Translations under genes and position numbers: made by a program
NCBI GenBank assembly: GCA_963825135.1
Contig: CAWGRW010000009.1
Coordinates: forward strand, 832,001 to 896,000
Direction of reading: 5' to 3'
Source of the DNA: an uncultured bacterium
GTDB taxonomy: Bacteria > Desulfobacterota_D > UBA1144 > Nemesobacterales > UBA2774
Length of the DNA stretch: 64,000 nucleotides
In this document: piece after piece, positions 9,508 to 18,817 of the stretch
Numbering within the stretch: the stretch's first letter is position 1
Layout of the letters: each line of letters begins with the position of its first letter
Notes under the pieces: model-generated
Seen by the model: only the letters and a program-made list of their open reading frames with translations
What the model was told of the DNA's origin: nothing
Databases searched by the model: none

Positions 9508-11049
9508 TCAGGGTTTTTCTTCGAACCTGGGAAATAGGCTCAAGCCCTTAACAACGGTCTGGCCGGGCTTGATCAAGTCCCTGTCGCTTGCGGACGTGAG
9601 CCTGAGAGAGGAGAACGGTTCCCGCGAGCCCATCCTCCGCCATATCTCCTCGGAGGACTCCGGCATGAATGGGGAAATGAGTATGGAGACCGCTCCGATC
9701 GAACGTGATATCGTAAAGAGCACGGTATCGAGTCTCTCCTCCTTCTTCTCCTTCGCAAGCGTCCACGGGGCCTCGTCATCGACGTATTTATTGACGAGCG
9801 CTATAAAATCCCAGACCGCGGCGAGGGCCTTATGAAACGCCGTCTCGCTCATCGCGCTCTCGACCTGCTCTATCGCCGTTAGCGCTCCGTCCAGTATAGA
9901 CTCCTCTTTGCCGCCGAGCGGACCCGGCGCGGGTATCTTCCCCCCCCTGTATCTCTCCACCATGCCGAGGGTACGGCTTACGAGATTCCCGAGACCGTTC
10001 GCGAGGTCCCCGTTTGCGCGGGTTATTATCGCGCTTTTTGAAAAGTCCCCGTCCTGACCGAACGGTATCTCTCTCAGGAGGAAATATCTGAATACATCGG
10101 CGCCGAACTCGTCCGCCATCTGATACGGATCCACTACGTTGCCGAGAGATTTCGACATCTTTTCCCCCTCCACAGTCCACCACCCGTGCGCGAATACCGT
10201 TTTCGGGAGGGGTATCCCGGCCGACATGAGGAACGCGGGCCAGAAGACTGCGTGGAAGCGGAGAATGTCCTTTCCGACGAGGTGGACGTCGGCCGGCCAG
10301 ATTTTGTCAAATTTATCAGGGTCATCAGGGAAGCCCGCACCCGTAATATAATTAGTCAGTGCGTCGAACCACACGTATACGACGTGCCTCGGATTCCCGG
10401 GCACGGGAATGCCCCAGTTAAATGTGGTGCGGCTGATGCTGAGGTCTTTTAGGCCCCCCTCCACAAAACGGGCGACCTCGTTCATCCTGTATCCGGGCTG
10501 GACGAACTCGGGGAATTTTCTGTAGTGCTCGAGAAGAGGCTCCTGATAACGGGAGAGCCTGAAAAAATAACTCTCCTCCTTTATCTTCTCTATCAAAGGC
10601 CGTTTCTCCTCGGGGAGCTCCATTATCTCTTCATACTGCGTTTCGGTAATGAACGCCTCGTTCCTGATGTCGTACCAGCCTTCGTAGTCGCTGAGGTATA
10701 TATCGCCCGCATCCTCGATCCTCCTGAAAATCTCCGTGACCGCCCTCGCATGGCGTTTTTCGGTAGTCCTGATAAAATCATCGTTCGTGATATTAAGGAC
10801 TTGAGAAAGGTTCTCGAACCTCTTGACGACGCGGTCCGCAAGCTCGATGGGTTCCTCACCGTGAGACTCGGCCGTGCGCTCTATCTTCTGGCCGTGCTCG
10901 TCCGTACCCGTGAGGAAATAAACCTCCTCTCCCCTGAGTCGCCTGTATCTCGCTATGGCGTCGGCGGCAATAGTCGTGTAGGCGTGGCCGATGTGCGGCA
11001 CGTCGTTGACGTAATAAATAGGCGTCGTAACATAAAAAGCTTTAGACAT
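9508..11049 (-). CDS. metG: Methionyl-tRNA synthetase (short form, no C-terminal tRNA-binding domain)
   Basis: YVTTPIYYVNDVPHIGH, GTDEHG, KMSKS. Confidence 0.97.
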   Translation of the reverse strand: MSKAFYVTTPIYYVNDVPHIGHAYTTIAADAIARYRRLRGEEVYFLTGTDEHGQKIERTAESHGEEPIELADRVVKRFENLSQVLNITNDDFIRTTEKRHARAVTEIFRRIEDAGDIYLSDYEGWYDIRNEAFITETQYEEIMELPEEKRPLIEKIKEESYFFRLSRYQEPLLEHYRKFPEFVQPGYRMNEVARFVEGGLKDLSISRTTFNWGIPVPGNPRHVVYVWFDALTNYITGAGFPDDPDKFDKIWPADVHLVGKDILRFHAVFWPAFLMSAGIPLPKTVFAHGWWTVEGEKMSKSLGNVVDPYQMADEFGADVFRYFLLREIPFGQDGDFSKSAIITRANGDLANGLGNLVSRTLGMVERYRGGKIPAPGPLGGKEESILDGALTAIEQVESAMSETAFHKALAAVWDFIALVNKYVDDEAPWTLAKEKKEERLDTVLFTISRSIGAVSILISPFMPESSEEIWRRMGSREPFSSLRLTSASDRDLIKPGQTVVKGLSLFPRFEEKP

Positions 11050-11127
11050 TTTAACAAGGCCTCCCTACTCCGCCCGCGCAGCAGCGAGAAACTTCTCTCA
11101 CGCGGGCGCGTAATGGCGGCGTGTAAA

Positions 11128-12135
11128 TCAATTCATGTCCATACCGGCGGCTAATTTCAAAAAAAGGGTCTCCAGCACGAGCTTCGTATTCGCATTCGCC
11201 CGGGCGATATCGTGCCAGGCTCTCTCCACGTACCGCTCCATCTCGAGCAAATCGTTCATATCGCATGCCCTGGCTGTCTTTTTTATCGATTCGCTAAAGT
11301 CGGCATTCGTAAAGCTGTCGGAGCCCGTCCTCGCGAGAACGAGGTCGCGGAGCCAGAGCAATAAGAACCTGAAACCGAGTTCGAGCCTGTCTGTTTCGTC
11401 CGGGGACGCGCCCGATGAAAGATGCTCGGAAAGGCCTGAAATATCCGAGGCCGAATTCTTTCGTATCCTGCCGAGCCTCGAAAGAAGCTCCGTTCTCCAC
11501 TCCATAATATCCTTGTCGAGCCCGAGCGCCTTCCCGATGCTCCCGCCCGAAAGACCCGCAGAAAGCAGAGCATCTTCGGGAGAGAGCCCGTTGCGGTCTC
11601 TCAGCAATTGGGCGATGTGTCCCTCCGGCAATGCGCCGAACTCGACTACCCGGCACCTCGATCTCAGGGTGGGAAGGAGCGAGTCGGACCGGGACGACAA
11701 GAGAATTATGAGCGAGTCGGGAGGCGGCTCTTCGAGGGTCTTCAGAAATGCGTTCTGGGCATTGTGGTTCATCCTTTCGCACTCATCGACTATTACGATC
11801 TTGAACCTGCCTTCGAAGGGCCTCAAGTAGAGCCTTTCTTCGATCTCGTCACGGATCTGATCGACCTTGATATTTTTTACGCCCGTAAATTCGACAAGCG
11901 CCACGTCCGGATGGATCCCCTTGTCTATCTTCCTGCAGGACGGGCATTCGCACCGGTTACCGGTCTCCCGAAGGGCTTCCCCGCAGTTGAGGAGCTTGGC
12001 GAATTCTATCGCAACCATCTTCTTGCCGATCCCGTCCGGGCCTGTAAAGAGGTAGGAATGCGACGCGACGTTCTCACGCGCGGCGCGGAGGAGAATATTT
12101 TTTTGAAAATCGTGGCCTATGATGCCTTCAAACAT
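11128..12135 (-). CDS. holB: DNA polymerase III delta' subunit
   Basis: HSYLFTGPDGIGK, Zn-finger Cys, NAFLKTLEEPP, TLRSRC; follows tmk. Confidence 0.95.
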   Translation of the reverse strand: MFEGIIGHDFQKNILLRAARENVASHSYLFTGPDGIGKKMVAIEFAKLLNCGEALRETGNRCECPSCRKIDKGIHPDVALVEFTGVKNIKVDQIRDEIEERLYLRPFEGRFKIVIVDECERMNHNAQNAFLKTLEEPPPDSLIILLSSRSDSLLPTLRSRCRVVEFGALPEGHIAQLLRDRNGLSPEDALLSAGLSGGSIGKALGLDKDIMEWRTELLSRLGRIRKNSASDISGLSEHLSSGASPDETDRLELGFRFLLLWLRDLVLARTGSDSFTNADFSESIKKTARACDMNDLLEMERYVERAWHDIARANANTKLVLETLFLKLAAGMDMN

Positions 12136-12182
12136 TTCCCGGGATTTCTCCTGGCACAGAAATTTTACGGCCGATTATTCTC

Positions 12183-12797
12183 TCAGGAAGAAAGACGCTC
12201 CATCACGAGCGATCTTATTTCCGCTTCTATAATCGGGATATCTCTATCAGCGTTTATGTTTTTAATCCTTTCGGGCTCCCTGCGCGCAACGAGCATGTAT
12301 CCCTGCCTTATCATCTCGTGGAATTCGAGGGGCTCCTCATCCATTTTCGTAATCGACCCCCGTTCCTTTAGCCTTGCCAATCCCTCCCTCACCGGGAGGT
12401 TGAGAAGGAACGTGAGATCGGGAGCAGTATCGAGCGCAGAGGCCTTCGCGGCCTTGTTGACGAGTCTCATATCGAGCTTCCTGCCGTAGCCCTGATAAAC
12501 GATCGTGGAATCGTAGAACCTGTCGCATATCACGATTTCACCGTCCTTCAGCCTGGGCTCTATAAAGTCCTTTACGTGCTGGGCCCTGTCTGCGCAAAAA
12601 AGGAAAAGCTCCGCCATGGGAGCCAGCACGAGGTCCCTCTCCTCCAGAATTATCGTCCGTATGAGGTTCCCGAGCTGTCCCCACCCCGGCTCCCGGGTCA
12701 GGGTGACTTTGTATCCCTTTTCGGATAGAAAGTCCTTCAGGAGATTAGCCTGCGTGGATTTACCGCTGCCTTCTATTCCTTCGAATGTAATGAGCAT
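12183..12797 (-). CDS. tmk: Thymidylate kinase
   Basis: ITFEGIEGSGKST, TREP, CDRFYDS; ATG at 12797. Confidence 0.96.
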   Translation of the reverse strand: MLITFEGIEGSGKSTQANLLKDFLSEKGYKVTLTREPGWGQLGNLIRTIILEERDLVLAPMAELFLFCADRAQHVKDFIEPRLKDGEIVICDRFYDSTIVYQGYGRKLDMRLVNKAAKASALDTAPDLTFLLNLPVREGLARLKERGSITKMDEEPLEFHEMIRQGYMLVARREPERIKNINADRDIPIIEAEIRSLVMERLSS

Positions 12798-12924
12798 AGA
12801 TCGGATCTTTCCTTGAGGATGAGGGAATCGGGGGCATGGGGCGCCGAAATGCCCGTCAACCGGCATTAAACTCTAATTCACCGCAGAATCCTACCATAAT
12901 ATTGTAAATTGATACAGGCCCCGC

Positions 12925-13653
12925 TCAGCTCCCCTTGTCGAGGGCCCGGTCTAGCATTTTAACCTCGGAGGCGGTAAGGTCCCTCCATGCGCCCCTTTGC
13001 AGGCTGCCAAGCTTGACAGGGCCCACCGACATCCTGGTCAGTTGCAGGACGGGATGGCCGAATTTCGCGAAAAACCTCTTTACAAGGTGGTTCCTGCCCT
13101 CGTGGAAGGAAAGCTCGACCGTAGTCGATACCCCGTCATTCTTGACCAGATTTATCCAGTCGGGCTTTGCGGGACCGTCTTCGAGCTCTGTGCCGGCCTT
13201 CATCCGCAAATAGGCGTCGTTGCCGATAGCGCCCTTTACCCTTGCCCTGTAAACCTTGGGAAGCTCGTAACTCGGGTGGAGCACTTTGTTGGCAAGCTCC
13301 CCATCGTTCGTGAGTATGATCAGCCCCTCGGCGTCGTAGTCGAGTCTCCCCACTGGGAACACCCTCTCGGGTATGCCCTTAATAAGCTCCTCTATAGTTT
13401 TCTTCTTGTCCTGCCCCTCGCCGAGCGCCGTTATATAAAGCTTCGGCTTATACAGGATTACGTATCTCTTCAGCTCAGGGGCGAGCACAGTCCCCAACGC
13501 CTCGATCCTGTCCGTCTCCGTATCGATGTTGCGCCCGAGCTCCCTCACGACCCTCCCGTTTATCTTCACTCCCCCGCTCTCTATGAGCTCGTCCGCCTTT
13601 CTTCTCGAAGCGACCCCGCACATGGAGAGGTATCTGTTCAGTCTTACTATCAA
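12925..13653 (-). CDS. rluB: rRNA pseudouridine synthase, RluB/RsuA family
   Basis: S4 domain RLNRYLS..SRRKAD, VGRLDYD, EGRNH. Confidence 0.88.
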   Translation of the reverse strand: MIVRLNRYLSMCGVASRRKADELIESGGVKINGRVVRELGRNIDTETDRIEALGTVLAPELKRYVILYKPKLYITALGEGQDKKKTIEELIKGIPERVFPVGRLDYDAEGLIILTNDGELANKVLHPSYELPKVYRARVKGAIGNDAYLRMKAGTELEDGPAKPDWINLVKNDGVSTTVELSFHEGRNHLVKRFFAKFGHPVLQLTRMSVGPVKLGSLQRGAWRDLTASEVKMLDRALDKGS

Positions 13654-13685
13654 TCCTCTATCTCCTTAAAAATCCGCCGGTGACG

Positions 13686-14081
13686 TCAATTCGCGTAGAG
13701 GGCTTCCCTCTTGGCCCAGAGCGTCTTGCTTGTTCCCCTGAGCGTGAATTTCACGAAGCCCGAGCTTTTATCCATCATGGCCGCCTTTTCGTTCCCGTTG
13801 AGCTTAATGCAGCGCGCGTCGTCCGATACGATCTGCTCCGCGAGCTCAGTCTGCCCTTTCTCCGTAAATTGGTAGTATTTCTGAACATCGATTTTATTGT
13901 AACAGGCCGGATAACCCGCCTCCGTGAAACACTCCCTGTTCTGAAATTCACAGACGCTTTTCTCGGCGTGCGCATAATCGATGAAAATTAATACGGGGCT
14001 TATAAATATCATTGAAACAAGAAACCAGCCCGAAATATTCGTATAGACACAACTCAGGATATTTTTAATACCTATCGTCAT
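13686..14081 (-). CDS. Hypothetical exported/membrane-anchored protein
   Basis: AGGAGG RBS, hydrophobic N-terminal segment, co-oriented with neighbours. Confidence 0.65.
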   Translation of the reverse strand: MTIGIKNILSCVYTNISGWFLVSMIFISPVLIFIDYAHAEKSVCEFQNRECFTEAGYPACYNKIDVQKYYQFTEKGQTELAEQIVSDDARCIKLNGNEKAAMMDKSSGFVKFTLRGTSKTLWAKREALYAN

Positions 14082-14126
14082 TTAGATTCCTCCTTTTACC
14101 AACTTCACTGCGGCCAATGACCGGTT

Positions 14127-14948
14127 CTATTGTTTCCGCCCCATGTTCTGCTGCGCATACCCCGCCGGCGGCTCCATATCGGACGCGTCGATGTTGCCCT
14201 TCGCCGAAGACGCGAATTTAGATTCGGCTTCGACCTTTCCCTCATCGTATTCGATAGTCTCGACCGGGAAACCGTTCAGCTGTCTCAGCTGGTTAAATAC
14301 GTTCCTTTCGAACTGGACCCGCTCGCCGATAAAGCTCCCCCCTTTCGAGAAGGATTTAGCCATCTGGTCCATAAAATCCGCCATGCGGAGCATAACGGTC
14401 ATCATTTCATTCCCGCCTTCTATACTGTTCCAGCTCGCGACGCAGTGCTGTCTAACCTTATCGTTCCCCTTGAAGACGTCGTATTTTGTGCACGAAATGC
14501 CGTTCACCTTGGCCTCTCCCGCTTTCTTTAAAACAGGCTCGACATACTGGCCTCCGTCAGCGCCCGGCATCCTCTGCTTCATCATCTCTTTCATTTTTTC
14601 CCTCTGGTCGGGCGGCATATCTTTCATGGCCTCCTCCATCTGGCTCATCGCCTGCTGGAGCTGCGCGGCTAAGGAGTTTATCGCCGCCTCGTCCATTATG
14701 ATATACGTCTTGTCGGTGTGGTTTATCATTATGACTTCATTCTTGTCGCCCCGGAATATCATGGAGCCCTCGAGCTCAGTCCCGTTCTTATAAAAATCCA
14801 TACGCAGATTGTTGTCCTTTACCTTCCCCTTGATCTGACCGACCGATTCGGGACTGACTTCTTTCTGATCCATCACGAAAAGTACGTCCGCGTAAGAGAA
14901 GCAGGCGAAGAATGTAGCAAATAAAAATAACGCCGTCGCTTTTAGCAT
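14127..14948 (-). CDS. Secreted protein, DUF4412-like
   Basis: Signal peptide, Met/Gln-rich helical insert, GISCTKY, C-terminal PPAGY. Confidence 0.7.
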   Translation of the reverse strand: MLKATALFLFATFFACFSYADVLFVMDQKEVSPESVGQIKGKVKDNNLRMDFYKNGTELEGSMIFRGDKNEVIMINHTDKTYIIMDEAAINSLAAQLQQAMSQMEEAMKDMPPDQREKMKEMMKQRMPGADGGQYVEPVLKKAGEAKVNGISCTKYDVFKGNDKVRQHCVASWNSIEGGNEMMTVMLRMADFMDQMAKSFSKGGSFIGERVQFERNVFNQLRQLNGFPVETIEYDEGKVEAESKFASSAKGNIDASDMEPPAGYAQQNMGRKQ

Positions 14949-15051
14949 TGCCGCCCTCCATGCAAATTTGAGTTAATTCTAACATATCGGGCCTTACATT
15001 CATCCAGCCCGGGAGCTGCAGGTATTTAACCGTTTTCGGCCTCAAATATTC

Positions 15052-15079
15052 TTGACAATTCTCCAGTACAACTTAACCT
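15052..15079 (+). promoter_or_regulatory. Sigma70-type promoter of nuoABCD
   Basis: TTGACA-N16-TAACCT ending 6 nt before the nuoA GTG. Confidence 0.5.
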
Positions 15080-15085
15080 AATGCA

Positions 15086-15442
15086 GTGCTCAGCGGTTAT
15101 ATCCCAATATTAATAATAATAATACTTGCGATAGCTCTGGCGGCCGCGATGCTGGGGTTGTCGGCGGCGCTCGGCCCGAGGCGAGATTCCGCGAGGAAAT
15201 TATCCCCTTATGAATCGGGCATACCCCCTACGGGAGATACGCGCGGCAAGTTTTCGATAAAATACTATCTGGTCGGCGCATTATTTATTCTTTTCGACGT
15301 GGAGGCCGTATTCCTCTTCGCATGGGCGGTGGTCTTTAAGGACCTGGGCTTACTGGCGTTTATAGAAATAATCGTATTTCTTTTGGTGCTGCTGGGCGGT
15401 TACTTTTATGTCGTTAAAAAAGGAGCTCTCGAATGGGAGTAA
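15086..15442 (+). CDS. nuoA: NADH-quinone oxidoreductase subunit A
   Basis: [20 protein letters not shown]. Confidence 0.95.
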   Translation: MLSGYIPILIIIILAIALAAAMLGLSAALGPRRDSARKLSPYESGIPPTGDTRGKFSIKYYLVGALFILFDVEAVFLFAWAVVFKDLGLLAFIEIIVFLLVLLGGYFYVVKKGALEWE

Positions 15443-15918
15443 ATGCGAATTCGCTCCTGGGCGGCGACGGATTTATCACAACCTCGATAGAGGCGTTCGC
15501 CAACTGGGGCAGAAAAAACAGTCTCTGGCCCATGCCTTTCGGTACGGCCTGCTGCGCAATTGAAATGATGGGCGTATTCGCTTCGAGGTTCGATCTTTCG
15601 AGGTTCGGGGCGGAGGTCGCTCGCTTCTCGCCGAGACAGGCGGACCTGATGATCGTATCGGGAACCATAACCTACAAAATGGCCTCCGTTTGCAGGAGGA
15701 TATACGATCAGATGCCGGAGCCCAAGTGGGTTATAGCGATGGGGTCATGTACCTGCGGCGGCGGCCCCTTCGACAGTTATGCCGTAGTCCAGGGGATCGA
15801 CGAATTCCTCCCCGTGGACGTGTACATAGGAGGATGCCCGCCTAGGCCCGAAGCTATTATCGACGCCGTTATGAAGATACAGAAGAAGATAGACCTGGAA
15901 GGGGCCCCTCTGGTATGA
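15433..15918 (+). CDS. nuoB: NADH-quinone oxidoreductase subunit B
   Basis: [22 protein letters not shown]. Confidence 0.96.
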   Translation: MGVNANSLLGGDGFITTSIEAFANWGRKNSLWPMPFGTACCAIEMMGVFASRFDLSRFGAEVARFSPRQADLMIVSGTITYKMASVCRRIYDQMPEPKWVIAMGSCTCGGGPFDSYAVVQGIDEFLPVDVYIGGCPPRPEAIIDAVMKIQKKIDLEGAPLV

Positions 15919-16433
15919 GTTTCGATTTCGACTCGCTGATAGAAGCCGTTAATTCCGCACATCCCGGGGCTGTAAAAGAAAGGATCGAGTACAGAGGGGA
16001 AACGACCCTCATTATCGAGAAGGAAAGAATCTCCGACGTATGCGGACGCCTTAAAGACTCGTTCGGCTTTACATTCCTGGCCGACCTTACGGCCGTTGAC
16101 TACCTCCAGATCAGGACGCCCCGCTTCGAGGTCGTGTATCACGTCCACAGGTTCGGCCCCGATATAGACGAGAACGTCAGGATAAGGCTCAAGGCCGAAG
16201 TTGACGGGGACGATGCGAAGATAGCCTCAGTAACGCATATCTGGATCGGAGCCGACTGGCTCGAAAGGGAGGTCTACGATATGTTCGGGATCGTATTCAC
16301 CGGCCACCCCGACTTGAGAAGGATACTGATGCCGGAGGACTACGAACCCTTCCCTCTCAGAAAGGACTTCGACGTAAGGGACCGGGAGGCATCCAAGCGG
16401 TCATTCGAAAGGGCGCTCGGAGAAGGCGAATAA
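15915..16433 (+). CDS. nuoC: NADH-quinone oxidoreductase subunit C
   Basis: [28 protein letters not shown]. Confidence 0.95.
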   Translation: MSFDFDSLIEAVNSAHPGAVKERIEYRGETTLIIEKERISDVCGRLKDSFGFTFLADLTAVDYLQIRTPRFEVVYHVHRFGPDIDENVRIRLKAEVDGDDAKIASVTHIWIGADWLEREVYDMFGIVFTGHPDLRRILMPEDYEPFPLRKDFDVRDREASKRSFERALGEGE

Positions 16434-17662
16434 TGGAAAGAGTGGAATTCATAAGCCAGGAAGCGGATTTTAACGCCGATACCGGCATAAGGACGGAGAC
16501 CATGATCCTGAACATGGGTCCCCAGCACCCGGCCACCCACGGCGTCCTGCGCGTAGTCCTGTATCTCGACGGCGAGACCGTGGTGAAGGCGGTGCCCTAT
16601 ATCGGCTACCTCCACCGGGGGATAGAGAAGCTCTGCGAGCATATAACTTATCAGCAGTGCCTGCCGTATACGGATAGGATGGATTACCTGGCCTCCATCT
16701 GCAACAACATAGGTTATATACTGACAGTCGAAAAGCTGCTCGGAATCCAGGACGCGATTCCCGAGAGGGCGAAAACAGCCGAGGTCATACTGTTCGAGCT
16801 CGGCAGGATCGAGTCCCATCTCGTCGGAATAGGCACGAACGCTCTGGACTTGGGCGCGATGAGCGCGTTCCTCTACTGCTTTAAGGAAAGGGAGAGGATT
16901 TACGATATACTCGAGACCGTATGCGGGGCGAGGCTCACTACTTCCTATCCGAGGGTCGGCGGACTGCCGCTCGACCTGCCGGACGATTTCGAGGAGAAGG
17001 TAAGGAATTTCCTCAAGGTGTTTCCCGGGACTCTCAAGGAAGTCGATAACCTCCTGACGAGAAACAGGATATGGATCGACAGGACGAAAGGCATCGCTAC
17101 AATCAGCGCTGAGGACGCGATAGACCTCGGGCTCACGGGCCCTGCCCTCAGGGGGAGCGGCGTACCCTACGATGTGAGAAAGGCCATGCCTTATCTCGGA
17201 TACGAGAACTACGATTTCGAGGTCCCGGTCGCGAATGAAGGAGACGCGTATTCCAGGTTCCTCTGCAGGATGGAAGAGATGCGCCAGAGCCTCAGGATCA
17301 TAGAGCAGGGGATAAATAACCTGCCCGACGGCCCTTACGCGGCGGACTTGCCCGACGTCGTGCTGCCCGAAAAAGAGCTCACGTACACCAGAATGGAGTC
17401 CCTTATCAGGCACTTCGTCCTTGTTTATGAAGGGTTTAAGCCCCCGGCGGGCGAGGTCCAGCACGCGGTTGAGAACCCGAAGGGCGAGCTCTCATATTAC
17501 CTCGTGAGCGACGGCTCGGGGAAACCATACAGGATGCGGGTCAGGGGACCGTCTTTCGTCAACATGCAGGCCCTCCCGAATATGGTCAAGGGGAGTCTCC
17601 TGGCCGACGTTATCGCGGCGATAGGGAGCCTCGACATAGTGCTCGGCGAGATAGACAGGTAA
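16433..17662 (+). CDS. nuoD: NADH-quinone oxidoreductase subunit D
   Basis: NMGPQHPATHGVLR, GYLHRG, DIVLGEIDR. Confidence 0.96.
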   Translation: MERVEFISQEADFNADTGIRTETMILNMGPQHPATHGVLRVVLYLDGETVVKAVPYIGYLHRGIEKLCEHITYQQCLPYTDRMDYLASICNNIGYILTVEKLLGIQDAIPERAKTAEVILFELGRIESHLVGIGTNALDLGAMSAFLYCFKERERIYDILETVCGARLTTSYPRVGGLPLDLPDDFEEKVRNFLKVFPGTLKEVDNLLTRNRIWIDRTKGIATISAEDAIDLGLTGPALRGSGVPYDVRKAMPYLGYENYDFEVPVANEGDAYSRFLCRMEEMRQSLRIIEQGINNLPDGPYAADLPDVVLPEKELTYTRMESLIRHFVLVYEGFKPPAGEVQHAVENPKGELSYYLVSDGSGKPYRMRVRGPSFVNMQALPNMVKGSLLADVIAAIGSLDIVLGEIDR

Positions 17663-17786
17663 ACCCGGTTAATTCAGCCTTATTAATTCCTCATGCGGGA
17701 CAAACGCATTCAAAAACTAAAACGAAATCATTCGTCCCGGTTCCGGCTTCGCATGATTAAAATGTGTGTTTAACACGGCAGAAATT

Positions 17787-18116
17787 TTATAGAGACGACC
17801 AGCATTTTGTGGCGAGCGGATTGAAGTCGCCGTTATGGACATGGACGCAGAGGCTCTGTCCCAGGTCCGTCTGCGCAAGTAATATGACCTTATCCGCTAC
17901 AGCCTGGGCGTTTGACTGGTTCACGCCGTCGGCGTAGACCCAAAGATCGAGGGGCGACTGCCAGGAGGCCTGTATGACGTCCGGGAGCGATTTTACTTCC
18001 TCAGCGAAATTCTGCTGTACCTCCGTGGGGCTGAAACCCTGGTCCTGGGAATAAGCGAGTACATTAATCAAAACAACCATAGCCGCAATAGAAAAAGAAG
18101 TAAGCAATCTTTTCAT
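17787..18116 (-). CDS. Hypothetical secreted protein
   Basis: GGAGG RBS, signal peptide, downstream of lolA. Confidence 0.7.
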   Translation of the reverse strand: MKRLLTSFSIAAMVVLINVLAYSQDQGFSPTEVQQNFAEEVKSLPDVIQASWQSPLDLWVYADGVNQSNAQAVADKVILLAQTDLGQSLCVHVHNGDFNPLATKCWSSL

Positions 18117-18139
18117 AGAGAATCCTCCATTCCGGCTTC

Positions 18140-18817
18140 TTATTGCCCGGCGGCCGACGCCGGCGGTTTTATTATCTCGACCCCGCTCGGCACCTCGAAA
18201 TTAAATAAAGAATCCGAAACCCCTTTATCAATCTCTACGTTCTTCAATAGGACCTTCGTCAAATTTCCGAATGGGTCGTAAAGGTAAAGCGTGTTAACCA
18301 TCATATTACTCTTGCTGATGGACAGGGTCACTTTATTGTAATCTTCCCCTTCGGTCTTCGGCCTGAGGTCTATGAGGTAGCTCCCGTTTGCCTCGAATTC
18401 CTTGGATTCCGAGAAGCTCGTTTTGTATAGCTCCTTTAATTTTCCTAAGCCCGAGAGGAGGGTCGAGGTAGTTTCCGTATCGGAGACCTTGCTCAGAGGT
18501 GACTCTATCACCTGATTCTCCTCTTCGTTATAAAACCAGAGCGTACGCCCGTCGGAAACTATTTCATCCTTGTAAGGCTCATAATAATTCCACCTCATCT
18601 TGCCGGGCTTCTTAAACCATACCTCGCCGTCCGATTTCTGCACCGTGTTCAAGGCCTTAACTGTCGCCTCCTGAGTGAAATCCGCATGAAAATCCTCTAT
18701 CTCTTCGTACTTTTTCTGTATCTTGTCGACCACTACGTCGATGTTCTCACCCTGCCCCGGGAACCCCGCCGTCGAAGTAAATAATAACCCCAAAACCACC
18801 AAAATGAGTTTTTTCAA
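18140..18817 (-). CDS. lolA: Outer-membrane lipoprotein carrier LolA
   Basis: ADFTQ, KPGKMRWNY, IVSDGRTLWFY; follows ftsK. Confidence 0.92.
   Translation of the reverse strand: MKKLILVVLGLLFTSTAGFPGQGENIDVVVDKIQKKYEEIEDFHADFTQEATVKALNTVQKSDGEVWFKKPGKMRWNYYEPYKDEIVSDGRTLWFYNEEENQVIESPLSKVSDTETTSTLLSGLGKLKELYKTSFSESKEFEANGSYLIDLRPKTEGEDYNKVTLSISKSNMMVNTLYLYDPFGNLTKVLLKNVEIDKGVSDSLFNFEVPSGVEIIKPPASAAGQ

Noticed and set aside
16340..17464. Long antisense ORFs (374 aa here; also 11608..12489, 8990..9835, 24216..24956, 38415..39152)
   Set aside because: Shadow frames opposite well-supported genes, expected from codon bias; no recognisable motifs
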